In this document: one piece after another, positions 48,648 to 57,828 of the stretch
How the letters are laid out: every line of letters starts with the position of its first letter
How positions within the stretch are numbered: position 1 is the first letter of the stretch
Source of the DNA: Promethearchaeota archaeon
Lineage (GTDB): Archaea > Asgardarchaeota > Heimdallarchaeia > Hodarchaeales > Hodarchaeaceae
NCBI GenBank assembly: GCA_048938105.1
Contig: JBHLMN010000026.1
Location: 1 to 64,000 of the forward strand
Length of the DNA stretch: 64,000 nt
Direction: 5' to 3'
Position numbers and translations under genes: made by a program
The notes under the pieces: model-generated
What the model saw: only the letters and a program-made list of their open reading frames with translations
Told to the model about the DNA's origin: nothing
Databases searched by the model: none

Positions 48648-50792
48648 TTGGGTTTTCGCCCAGAAAAAATGAATATTGCCAAGATCCAAGTTAATAAAGA
48701 GCTAGGAAGGCAGTTTCTTAATGAAATTAGTAGGAATTTCGAACTAGAGATTATCGACTTGGTCAAGAAAGCTCAGCTTGAACCATTGTCATTAACAGAT
48801 CTAGAAGCAAAGACTATTGACTTACATGCGGAATTCATCCAAATAACAGAAATTTTGGATAGTATAAGTTTAAAACGTAAAGGTAATATGAATTTTGAAA
48901 ATCTCTCGTTACCTGATCTTAATGATAAGGCAGAATCCTTAATAAAAGCAGCTCAACCTCTAATTAAAGAACTTAAACCTATAAGGAATCTTGAGGAGGA
49001 AATCTCTGAGTTTAAGAAAACGATTAATTCATTAAAAGCTATCAGAAATATTGATATCCAAAATATCCAAGATATTGGAGAGGGAACTCATTTTTATGCC
49101 GTTCTTGGATTTTTGAAAGGGATTCATCAATTTCGTCTTGAAATGGCGCTTGATCAACTCACTGGGGGGGATTTTATCTTTATACCTGCCCCTTCCAAAA
49201 AAACTAAGGTAATATGTCTCGTCGGAGTAATGAAAACATATCAAGCAGCTTTGAATCGATTACTTAGTGGATTGGGTTTTGAGGAAGTAAAATTTCCCAA
49301 AGAACTTATAGGTACTCCGACTGAAGCTATCGAACAAGCTGAAGTTGAATTAACAAAACGCAATCAGGAAATCAAAATTCTTCGGCAAAATGTAAAAGAC
49401 ATGGTAGAGGAACATGAGCTAGCAATTCGGGCTATGGAAGAGCAATTATCTATAGAAGAGAAACGGTTGAAAACTCTCCAAAGAACCCAATTACGAAAGC
49501 AACGATATATTATCTGGGCTTGGATTCCAGCAAATGTATCAAAACGTTTTATTAAGAAGATTAAGCAAATAGATCCTTCGATAACAGCAGAAATTATTGA
49601 ACCAAAGCTTGCAAGTAGTGAATTTCCCACCAAAGTGCGTAATAATATCTATTCACGTTCATTCGAGGGCCTCGTTTATGGCTTTGGTGTCCCTGGATAT
49701 AATGAATGGGATCCCACTAAATTCTTGAGTATCTTGATACCTATCTTTTTTGGGATAATGTTTGGGGATGTTATTGATGGATTAATAGTTTTTCTTATCG
49801 GACTTTATGGCTTGTCCTTGAATCCTAAGAAATATTCTAAAAATAACATGCTTGCTGAACTACAGACATACTTTGATAAAGGTGGGCTAATCCTAGTCAC
49901 TATTGGTATTACTGCCATGATTTTCGGTTTCCTCTTTGGGACCTATCGAGGGCTTGGGGGTCATCATGCATTAGAAGTTGGCTTACCTATTCTATGGTTT
50001 TCACCAGAGATTGAGGGGGGTCAGTTTGCATTATTAGAATTAGCGATCTTTATAGGTGCATTAGTTATTGGATCTGCTTTGATCATACAATTCATTGGAA
50101 TGTTAAGTCGTGATAAAAGTGAAGCGATATTTCTACCAGGAATGTTTTTCCTATTCTATGTTGGTTTAGTATTTTTGGTATTTACTTTTGGCCCAAATCC
50201 TACACTATGGGTAACGGCTACGGAGGGAGTCTTTGATTTGAAAGCCTTACAAACAATTGCTCAATATCAACAGGAACTAATGCACCATCACCATATCGAC
50301 TTCACTAGTCCTGTTGGTATAATAATTGAAAATCTAGGCGTAACGCATTGGGGAATTCCAGTCTTTCCAATTCCTATTCCTGGAATAAAGATGAGTTATC
50401 CATTCGCATTAGTCGTATTTCCTCTAATTTTATCAGCAATTTATCATTTTAGACACGGCATGGATGGTATAGGTGAATTACTTGACTATCTTATCACAAT
50501 GATCTCAAATACAATCTCATTTGCACGTATCTTCGCCTACACAATGGTTCATGGATCTCTTTCCCTAGTATTCATTCAACTGTTCTCTGGTAATGCCCAC
50601 ACCCTTGTTGAATTTCTTCCTGGTATGATCTTAGGAGGATTTGTAGTTATCCCTCTAGAATTATTAGTATCATTTCTTCAGTCTTTACGTCTTTGTTGGG
50701 TTGAATTTTTTTCAAAAATTCACTTTCAAGGATCAGGTTATCTATTTCAACCATTTAAAGAAGCACGATTATATACTACAACAGGTAGTTAA
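48648..50792 (+). CDS. atpI: A/V-type ATPase subunit I (a); start probably TTG 48648
   Basis: RPEKM, WAWIP, PT-x-x-x-N, P-x-Y-x-E-x-DPT, FFGIMFGD, SNTISFARI (essential Arg), LRLCWVEFFSK, F-x-PF. Confidence 0.92.
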   Translation: MGFRPEKMNIAKIQVNKELGRQFLNEISRNFELEIIDLVKKAQLEPLSLTDLEAKTIDLHAEFIQITEILDSISLKRKGNMNFENLSLPDLNDKAESLIKAAQPLIKELKPIRNLEEEISEFKKTINSLKAIRNIDIQNIQDIGEGTHFYAVLGFLKGIHQFRLEMALDQLTGGDFIFIPAPSKKTKVICLVGVMKTYQAALNRLLSGLGFEEVKFPKELIGTPTEAIEQAEVELTKRNQEIKILRQNVKDMVEEHELAIRAMEEQLSIEEKRLKTLQRTQLRKQRYIIWAWIPANVSKRFIKKIKQIDPSITAEIIEPKLASSEFPTKVRNNIYSRSFEGLVYGFGVPGYNEWDPTKFLSILIPIFFGIMFGDVIDGLIVFLIGLYGLSLNPKKYSKNNMLAELQTYFDKGGLILVTIGITAMIFGFLFGTYRGLGGHHALEVGLPILWFSPEIEGGQFALLELAIFIGALVIGSALIIQFIGMLSRDKSEAIFLPGMFFLFYVGLVFLVFTFGPNPTLWVTATEGVFDLKALQTIAQYQQELMHHHHIDFTSPVGIIIENLGVTHWGIPVFPIPIPGIKMSYPFALVVFPLILSAIYHFRHGMDGIGELLDYLITMISNTISFARIFAYTMVHGSLSLVFIQLFSGNAHTLVEFLPGMILGGFVVIPLELLVSFLQSLRLCWVEFFSKIHFQGSGYLFQPFKEARLYTTTGS

Positions 50793-50820
50793 GAATATGC
50801 AGTAAATTGAGCGTATTAAC

Positions 50821-51903
50821 ATGGAACTCGGGCAAATAACTGAAGCTAAGCGGTACTCGTATATAAATGCCCGAATTAAGGCTCGGAAAGGACAGTTATT
50901 AACCGCTGCAGATTATGAACGACTGTTATCAAGTTCACTGAAAGAAGGGTTGACCTATCTTCAAGGTACTCCACGTTATCAAGAGTCATTCTCTCCTTTA
51001 GATCCAAACTCTAAGAATTTCATCGATGAATTGGAACAACACCTTTACGAAAATGTTTATAATGAAGTATTTAAATTAACTAAAGATATTCCTGAGAAAG
51101 CTCGTGATCTTATAGAGTTTTATCTCAAAAAATCTTATTTAAATGCATTAATACGTATAATACGTCTGATTCATAACAAAAAAATCACCTCAACATCATT
51201 AGAGGAGTTTTATGCTGTAACTTCGGAAGAAAAGGTTGAACTAACCATTATTTCTAAAGTTGAGAGTATTGAAGAACTAATTCAAAGTCTTCAAACTTCT
51301 TGGGTTATAGAAGCTTTGAAATCAGTTATAGTTGAATACCAAGAACAGAAAGATGTGTTATTATTAGAAAAAGCTCTTAATCATTATTATTACAACCATT
51401 TATGGGAAACAATAATACCACATCAAAATAAGAGAGATCTTGTAATTGCACAAAAGATTATAGGAATGGAAATTGATCTAAATAATATAAATACTATTTT
51501 ACGAAGTAAATTACTTAACATTCCACCTGATGAGATTTTTACTCAAGTAATACCAATAAATTATAGATTAGGCTCAAATTTGACTAAAGCAGTTAAAGCT
51601 GTCTCATTTTCTGATGCTATAGATAGTTTAAATACTACAATCTACTCTGATCTAATTCAATCTATCTTTCGTGACTATAAAGAAAAAGAAAAATCTATTA
51701 TTAAGCTTGAACAACTTCAACAGGAATGGTATATTCAAGCATTATTTGATATGTTAGCAGGATATCCTTTTCATATCGGTATATTTTTGGCTTATATAAT
51801 ATTTCGTTTGCAGGAAACAGAGAACTTGCGAATAATCTTTGAAACAAAATGGAAAGGAATAGATCTCAAATTTGCTCGTGAATTATTAATCTACTTTAAA
51901 TAG
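50821..51903 (+). CDS. atpC: A/V-type ATPase subunit C (d)
   Basis: YSYINARIKARKGQLL, EIDLNNI-x-x-ILR-x-K, AYI...E-x-x-NLRII. Confidence 0.9.
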   Translation: MELGQITEAKRYSYINARIKARKGQLLTAADYERLLSSSLKEGLTYLQGTPRYQESFSPLDPNSKNFIDELEQHLYENVYNEVFKLTKDIPEKARDLIEFYLKKSYLNALIRIIRLIHNKKITSTSLEEFYAVTSEEKVELTIISKVESIEELIQSLQTSWVIEALKSVIVEYQEQKDVLLLEKALNHYYYNHLWETIIPHQNKRDLVIAQKIIGMEIDLNNINTILRSKLLNIPPDEIFTQVIPINYRLGSNLTKAVKAVSFSDAIDSLNTTIYSDLIQSIFRDYKEKEKSIIKLEQLQQEWYIQALFDMLAGYPFHIGIFLAYIIFRLQETENLRIIFETKWKGIDLKFARELLIYFK

Positions 51904-51969
51904 AACCGATTTCAATCATTAAGGAAAAAATGAATGTACAAATAAAAACTAAATGGTTGTGAAACTCAA

Positions 51970-52368
51970 ATGAACGTACAACAGAAGAAACAAATAATTA
52001 AACTTCAACTCGTGATAGGTCTAATAGCATTAGCCCTTCTCTGTCTCGCAGTTATTACCACTACAGTAGTAGCCAGTCCTGTGGCTACTCAAGAGCCAAC
52101 CCAAGACACTACTCAAGAAAATAATCTTGGACAGGGAATATTTGGTATAGCTATAGGAGCAGGGATAGCAATAGGACTGGCAGGACTAGGAGCGGCTTTG
52201 GCATTGGGAACAGCTAGCTCCGCAGCTATCGGGGCAATTGCAGAACGGCCAGAAGTGTTTGGAAGAACTATCATTTTTATTGCATTTATAGAAGGTATTG
52301 GCGTCTTTGGCTTTGTAATTGCTTTTATGTTGTATTTAGCTCTTGGACAGATGATAGCATTAATTTAG
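51970..52368 (+). CDS. atpK: A/V-type ATPase proteolipid subunit K (c) with N-terminal leader
   Basis: GAGIAIGLAGLGAA...AERPEVFGRTIIFIAFIEGIGVFG with the ion-binding Glu. Confidence 0.92.
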   Translation: MNVQQKKQIIKLQLVIGLIALALLCLAVITTTVVASPVATQEPTQDTTQENNLGQGIFGIAIGAGIAIGLAGLGAALALGTASSAAIGAIAERPEVFGRTIIFIAFIEGIGVFGFVIAFMLYLALGQMIALI

Positions 52369-52392
52369 TCAAGTTTTTAATGTATTAAGAGC

Positions 52393-52686
52393 CTATTCCT
52401 CCTCATCCTCTGCAGTTATTAGCTCAGCTAACTCCCCATAAGAGGATCTCGAACGAAGCCTTTGGAATTGTTGTTTACTCGCTGCGTAGTAAAGCTCAAT
52501 CACTGCAATAGTGAAAAAGATAATGGGAGTTCCAATAAGCAACAATTCTCGCAAGGGAGATTCCTGATTTGCCGATAAGAGATACCCAATGATCAATCCC
52601 GCAATGACCATGACTGGAAGGTTGAAAGCTGCTGCAGCAATGGTTGCTGAAGTAAATGTTGTACGTTTTCTCTCCTTAATTGGCAT
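52393..52686 (-). CDS. Small 2-TM protein, AtpZ/'ATPase gene 1'-like
   Basis: Hairpin topology with G-x-x-IGY-x-L motif; convergent on atpK. Confidence 0.45.
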   Translation of the reverse strand: MPIKERKRTTFTSATIAAAAFNLPVMVIAGLIIGYLLSANQESPLRELLLIGTPIIFFTIAVIELYYAASKQQFQRLRSRSSYGELAELITAEDEEE

Positions 52687-52703
52687 CTATAATTATTCCT
52701 GAT

Positions 52704-53642
52704 TTAAGCAATCTTTCTAATGCAATTCTTTTGGATTTCTGAATTTGCTTCTTTTGTAACAGGTCTACATTTGGATCGGAAAAGACACCAGATTGATTGA
52801 TCCCAATTATATTCTGGAATAGTTTCAAAGTGGCCCATTCCTTTTGCAATAATCAAGTCAGTTCTTCTAATAATTTCACGAAATTCATTTGATACTTCAT
52901 CTAACAGTAAACCTACAGAGTTTGTACCAATAGAAACAATTTCTGGAGGATTCGTAAGTTTTAATTCGTAATAAAAATCTTGTAAGTCCGATACAGTAGC
53001 ATCATTCAATATTGGTTTACTTTTCCCTGCAACAATCACCTTTTTGCCTTGTTGTATAAGAATGTCAATAACTTTAAGATCAAATATAGCCTCTCCAACA
53101 TTATCTGTCAGATAAAGGATGGTGGTTGACCCCGCAATCTCAGAAAAAAAAATAGGAAGCAGTTTAACCGAAAATTCATCCCAGTCTCTTTCTGCGTAAT
53201 CAAAGATATTTTGGATTTTTTCTTCTATATTGAATTCATTTTCGTGGCCTAAGAGATCATACTCAATGATATTTGCTCCAGTAGCTAGAGCTAAAGCTAA
53301 TTCAAATTGTTTTTCTGGGCTATTGAAAGTATTTACCTTATTTTGGATCATATGCCAGATTTTATTGGTTCGCGCCTTCAAATTTGCTTTTTCTTGATTA
53401 TAAGTATCGTCCACTTGGAAAATATTTTGTAGAAATCTATCACGTTTAGTACCAATGTAGCTGGGACAAAGTCGAAGAGGATGAGGAATTTTTTCTGAAG
53501 CATTAGAACTCACATGATTTGAAATGATCTGAATGACACCAACTAAGGCATTGAATCGAAGCTCCTCATCTGTAGTCAACCTTTCAATTTGCTTTTTTGC
53601 CCTAAAATACAGACAATAAAGGCAATCTGACTTTACTTTCAA
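52704..53642 (-). CDS. ARMT1-like / DUF89 damage-control phosphatase
   Basis: N-terminal CLYC, GANIIEY, TDNVGE-x-x-FD, NDAT, KGMGHFE, KC-x-PV. Confidence 0.88.
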   Translation of the reverse strand: MKVKSDCLYCLYFRAKKQIERLTTDEELRFNALVGVIQIISNHVSSNASEKIPHPLRLCPSYIGTKRDRFLQNIFQVDDTYNQEKANLKARTNKIWHMIQNKVNTFNSPEKQFELALALATGANIIEYDLLGHENEFNIEEKIQNIFDYAERDWDEFSVKLLPIFFSEIAGSTTILYLTDNVGEAIFDLKVIDILIQQGKKVIVAGKSKPILNDATVSDLQDFYYELKLTNPPEIVSIGTNSVGLLLDEVSNEFREIIRRTDLIIAKGMGHFETIPEYNWDQSIWCLFRSKCRPVTKEANSEIQKNCIRKIA

Positions 53643-53702
53643 ATAAATACCAGCGTTTGATCTTTATTTCCTAAGAATGACATTAACTGAATAATGTTTG
53701 GA

Positions 53703-54173
53703 TTATTCTGATGAGTTGGAGCTAACTGCGAGTATTGAATCAATTATTTGTTCATAACCAGTGCATCGACAAATGATCCCATTCAATAAATGTTCAATTT
53801 CATTTTTTTCAAGTGGTTTGCCCTGTGATAGAAGGTAATGCCCCATGAGGAGAAAAGCGGGGGTACAAAAACCACATTGCACGGCCCCGTTGTTAATAAA
53901 TGCTTCTTGAAGCTTTGAAACGCTCCCTTCTACTGCTAAACCTTCAACAGTCGTTACTTTTTTGTTGTCAGCTTCATAAGCTAATACTAGGCAAGATTTA
54001 ATGGGAATACCTTCAAGGAGTATAGTACATAGTCCACAATCGCCTTGCCAACAGGCTGCTTTGACAGATGTGATGTGTAAATGGTTACGAAGAATATCAA
54101 GAAGGGTTTCATTGGGTTTAATTAGGATTTTATGAGTCTTATCATTCACAGTAAGTGTTATCTGTTTTTTCAT
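53703..54173 (-). CDS. Xanthine dehydrogenase family 2Fe-2S subunit (CoxS-like)
   Basis: C-x4-C-x2-C, QCGFCTP, CRCTGY. Confidence 0.93.
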   Translation of the reverse strand: MKKQITLTVNDKTHKILIKPNETLLDILRNHLHITSVKAACWQGDCGLCTILLEGIPIKSCLVLAYEADNKKVTTVEGLAVEGSVSKLQEAFINNGAVQCGFCTPAFLLMGHYLLSQGKPLEKNEIEHLLNGIICRCTGYEQIIDSILAVSSNSSE

Positions 54174-55027
54174 ACGATTATCTCCTTGAGGATTAATCTG
54201 GTTAAAATTTCAGTAATATGAATACGGTAGTCTTTACTGGAACGAACATCTGTGATTGGGTTGATTCTTGATAAGATTTCTTTCCAAATAGTTTGAAATA
54301 TATCTTCATCCATTTTTTTTGCTATAAGATTAGAAACATCTAGAAAGACTGGAGTTGGAGCAACAGCTGTGAAACCTAAGTAAGTGTGATCCTGATCATG
54401 GACTCCTGAAACTCCCACTAGTGCTAGGTCTTCTGTTCCTCTTTTCATTTTCATAAAAGCTGATTTTGTATGAATAGTAGGTTTAGGTAATGTAATCGAC
54501 ACTATAAGTTCATCTGGCGCAAGATCACTTTTCTTGACCCCTTTGAAGAATTTATCAATTGATATAAATCTTGTTCCTCTCGAGTGTGATTGAACTTCAA
54601 TAACAGCTTGATGAATGTAAAGAGGGCCAGCAGTGTCGGCTGCTGGAGAAGCTGTTGCAATGTTTCCCCCAATGGTTGCTCTATTTCTTAGAATTGCATC
54701 ACACATGTCATTAAGAGCTTGATATAAAGCTGTATAATACATTTTTATTTGAGATAGAGTTAAAACTTCGGAAATAGGTACTGCTGCCCCAATTTTTAAC
54801 TCTGTTGGAGTATTTTCAAGTTTCTTTAACTCAGGAACGTTTTTCACATCAATAATTACATTTGGTTGAATCAATCGATGACGAAGATCCACTAGTAAAT
54901 CAGTTCCTCCTGCAAGAAGTTTACAATTGGATTGGTGAATATGAAGTAATTTCAATGTGTCTTCTAAGGAACTGGGGACTTCTATTTCGAATTTAGGCAG
55001 ACTAACATATGAAATAGTTTCTGTCAT
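54170..55027 (-). CDS. Xanthine dehydrogenase family FAD subunit (CoxM-like); start probably ATG 55027
   Basis: LAGGTDL, RNRATIGGN-x-x-x-ASPAAD, DVRSS-x-x-YR. Confidence 0.92.
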   Translation of the reverse strand: MTETISYVSLPKFEIEVPSSLEDTLKLLHIHQSNCKLLAGGTDLLVDLRHRLIQPNVIIDVKNVPELKKLENTPTELKIGAAVPISEVLTLSQIKMYYTALYQALNDMCDAILRNRATIGGNIATASPAADTAGPLYIHQAVIEVQSHSRGTRFISIDKFFKGVKKSDLAPDELIVSITLPKPTIHTKSAFMKMKRGTEDLALVGVSGVHDQDHTYLGFTAVAPTPVFLDVSNLIAKKMDEDIFQTIWKEILSRINPITDVRSSKDYRIHITEILTRLILKEIIV

Positions 55028-55029
55028 TA

Positions 55030-57399
55030 TTAATCCTCTAAGATTTTCTTTTTTAATGAAATCAAGAGTTCTGGACGAGTTTGTTTGATTTCTGCCCATA
55101 CTCTTTGAGGTGTGAGAGGTAAGTCATTAATTTGGACACCAATCGCATTAAAAATAGCATTCCCAATTGCAGCAGGAACTCCTAGCATTGTTAGCTCACC
55201 TATGCCCCTTGCGCCATAAGGACCATCTTCTTGTGGATTTTCTATTAGATAAGAAGCAAATTTTTCTGGAATATCAGCCGCACGAGCAATTACATAATCT
55301 ACCAGATTTGGATTAAGGAGTTTACCTTCCTCATTGTATTGTAATTGTTCATTCATAGCAATTGATAGTGCCATTACACCTCCCCCAATAATTTGGCTCC
55401 TACATAATTCAGGATTAATCGCTCTCCCAATATCAAAAGCAGATACTAAGCGTTTGATGATGATTTCTCCCGTCAAAGCATTTATCTCTATTTCGACCCC
55501 TTGAGCGCCAAATGTTTCAAAAATCGCAGGTTTTCCTGCTCCTGTTTCTGGATCTAACATAGTCATTTTTGCGATATATTTTCCTCTCCCAATAATGGGT
55601 CCTCCAATTGATTCACCAGTAGGATACATATATCCCATAACTAATTCAGCTAGACTCAAATGTTTCCACTTCTCACCTTTTGAAAAAATTAATTCATTTT
55701 CAAGGAGTAAATCTTCTGCTGGGACACGTAAAACTTGGCTTGCGATCTTAAGAATCTGATCTTTTGCATCTCTACAGGTATCTTTGACCGCGTTTCCATC
55801 CATGAACAGAGAACGAGATCCTACAGTTTGCCAAGTATAAGCGTCACGATCAGTGTCACAGTCTCCCATAATTTTAACTTTCTCAATAGGAAGGCCCAAT
55901 TCCTCCGCTGCTATTTGGGCAAGACTTGTGATAGTCCCTTGACCCATCTCTGATGTTCCAACAGAAACTAAAACTCCCCCATCTTCATTAAATTTAACGT
56001 AAGCCGAAGAAGCACTATTTGGAGGTTGAGCAGGACCTTTCATAAAACCTGCAATCCCAATCCCATGAAAAAGCCATGGTTTTTTCGGAGCATGCTCTGA
56101 AAAGTTTTCGTTCAAGTCAGACCAGACTTTATCAAGACATTGATCAATGCTTCCTGCATCAGCCCGAAGGCGCTCTTGATTCACTGTTATGGATTTTCCT
56201 GGTTTAAGAGTATTAATTTTTCGAAATTCAACTGGATCCATCTTTAGTGTATTAGCAATGGTATCACGTTGTCTTTCAATTGCCCAATGGAGTTCCATAT
56301 GACCGAATCCTCGAAACGCGGTAGCATAAGGTTTGTTTGTATAAATAGTGTAAGAATCAGACTTGACATTGTCAATATCGTAAGGTCCTATTGAAACGTA
56401 TCCACCTGCACGACCCACATTAACCGCATAATCTGCACACGCACCAGAATCCCAAATATATTCAATTTCTTCTGCAACAATTTTCCCATTAGATTTTACT
56501 CCTGTTTTTACATTTGCTATCAGGCCTACTCTTATAGGAGCACTAAGGAAATTCTCTTCTCGTGTCAATCGAAGCTTCACTGGCCTATTATCTGCTTTTC
56601 GAGAGAGTAAAACCACCAGAGGTTCAAAATTAAGGCCTGCTTTACCTCCAAAACCACCACCGATGAAAGGAGCATGAATAGTGATGTTTGATATAGGTAT
56701 GCTAAATGTAACTCCAAGCAAGTATCTTACTGTAAAGGGTGATTGCGCAGATGACCATACTTCGATAGTACCATCTGATCGATAATGACCGATTGAAGTA
56801 AGTGGCTCGAGGTACGCATGGGCTACTTGAGGCATAGAATATGTATTTTTTATTACTAAATCAGCCTGTGAAAAACCCTTATTAATATCTCCTTTACGCA
56901 AAATGAAATGATTGGCAATATTAGTACCTGGAACTGGATTAAAGGCAGGTGAATGTTCATATTCAACCATTTTGTCATGTACGAGAATATCTGTTGTAGT
57001 TTTAGCTTTGATTGGATCAATGACACTTGGTAGTATTTCATACTCTATTTGAACAGATTCCAGAGCTTTAGCTGCAATTCCTTCAGATTCTGCTGCGATA
57101 GCAACTACTGGTTGTCCAATCCAAACAACTTTCTCTACTGCTAGAATATCTCGATCTCCCGCATATAATCCTATTTTTACAGGCCAATCTTTACCTGTAG
57201 CTATTGCTACGACTCCAGGAATCTTTTCTGCTTTTGAAGTATCAATAGAGACAATTCGAGCGTGAGCATGTGGTGAAGTCAGGAATTTACAGAATAGCAT
57301 ATTTGGAATATTAACTATATCAAAAGTATAAACAGCAGAACCAGATACTTTGCTGATCGCATCTTTACGTGGAACTGATTGACCGATATATTTTGTCAT
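55030..57399 (-). CDS. Xanthine dehydrogenase/aldehyde oxidoreductase family molybdopterin subunit
   Basis: SPHAHARI, GGGFGGK, AFRGFG, EMGQG, GPYGARGIGE. Confidence 0.93.
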   Translation of the reverse strand: MTKYIGQSVPRKDAISKVSGSAVYTFDIVNIPNMLFCKFLTSPHAHARIVSIDTSKAEKIPGVVAIATGKDWPVKIGLYAGDRDILAVEKVVWIGQPVVAIAAESEGIAAKALESVQIEYEILPSVIDPIKAKTTTDILVHDKMVEYEHSPAFNPVPGTNIANHFILRKGDINKGFSQADLVIKNTYSMPQVAHAYLEPLTSIGHYRSDGTIEVWSSAQSPFTVRYLLGVTFSIPISNITIHAPFIGGGFGGKAGLNFEPLVVLLSRKADNRPVKLRLTREENFLSAPIRVGLIANVKTGVKSNGKIVAEEIEYIWDSGACADYAVNVGRAGGYVSIGPYDIDNVKSDSYTIYTNKPYATAFRGFGHMELHWAIERQRDTIANTLKMDPVEFRKINTLKPGKSITVNQERLRADAGSIDQCLDKVWSDLNENFSEHAPKKPWLFHGIGIAGFMKGPAQPPNSASSAYVKFNEDGGVLVSVGTSEMGQGTITSLAQIAAEELGLPIEKVKIMGDCDTDRDAYTWQTVGSRSLFMDGNAVKDTCRDAKDQILKIASQVLRVPAEDLLLENELIFSKGEKWKHLSLAELVMGYMYPTGESIGGPIIGRGKYIAKMTMLDPETGAGKPAIFETFGAQGVEIEINALTGEIIIKRLVSAFDIGRAINPELCRSQIIGGGVMALSIAMNEQLQYNEEGKLLNPNLVDYVIARAADIPEKFASYLIENPQEDGPYGARGIGELTMLGVPAAIGNAIFNAIGVQINDLPLTPQRVWAEIKQTRPELLISLKKKILED

Positions 57400-57407
57400 T
57401 TGTCAGA

Positions 57408-57743
57408 TCACCTGTATTTACTTCTGATTCTTATGAGACAACCTCCACCTACAATTGGAAGAAATCCCAAATGATCGATTAAAATTCGATCTTGAGCACT
57501 AAGAACTTTATCTAGACCCCATTCTGATTTATCAACAACATGACCATTAACTAATAGAATGGTACCACGACTGATTGTGTTTCCTCTTAATAATACTGAT
57601 TCTAATTTGGGATCTTTTTTTATCAACATTTTTAGGACTTCACGGAGCGTTGGATCTTCCTTCATAAATTTCAACTCGATATCAGAACCTATATGTGCTC
57701 CTAATTTACCGAATAATTTAATTCGTAGTTTCATCATAAGCAC
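57408..57743 (-). CDS. MoaD/ThiS/SAMP ubiquitin-like protein with 10-aa extension after GGG
   Basis: IKLFG-x-L...TLREVL...ILLVNG...LPIVGGG-CLIRIRSKYR*; first gene of the molybdo-enzyme operon. Confidence 0.82.
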   Translation of the reverse strand: MLMMKLRIKLFGKLGAHIGSDIELKFMKEDPTLREVLKMLIKKDPKLESVLLRGNTISRGTILLVNGHVVDKSEWGLDKVLSAQDRILIDHLGFLPIVGGGCLIRIRSKYR

Positions 57744-57828
57744 TAATGATATTTGTTAAAAACATTGAAAAAGATTCTTCGAGTTAAGAGAAGAAGTTTA
57801 AATATTTGGAAAATCATCAGTCCTGCTG

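Noticed and set aside
55030-57399. Aerobic CO dehydrogenase (form I CoxL)
   Set aside because: The active-site loop is AFRGFG, not AYxCSFR; it is a generic molybdenum hydroxylase of unknown substrate.
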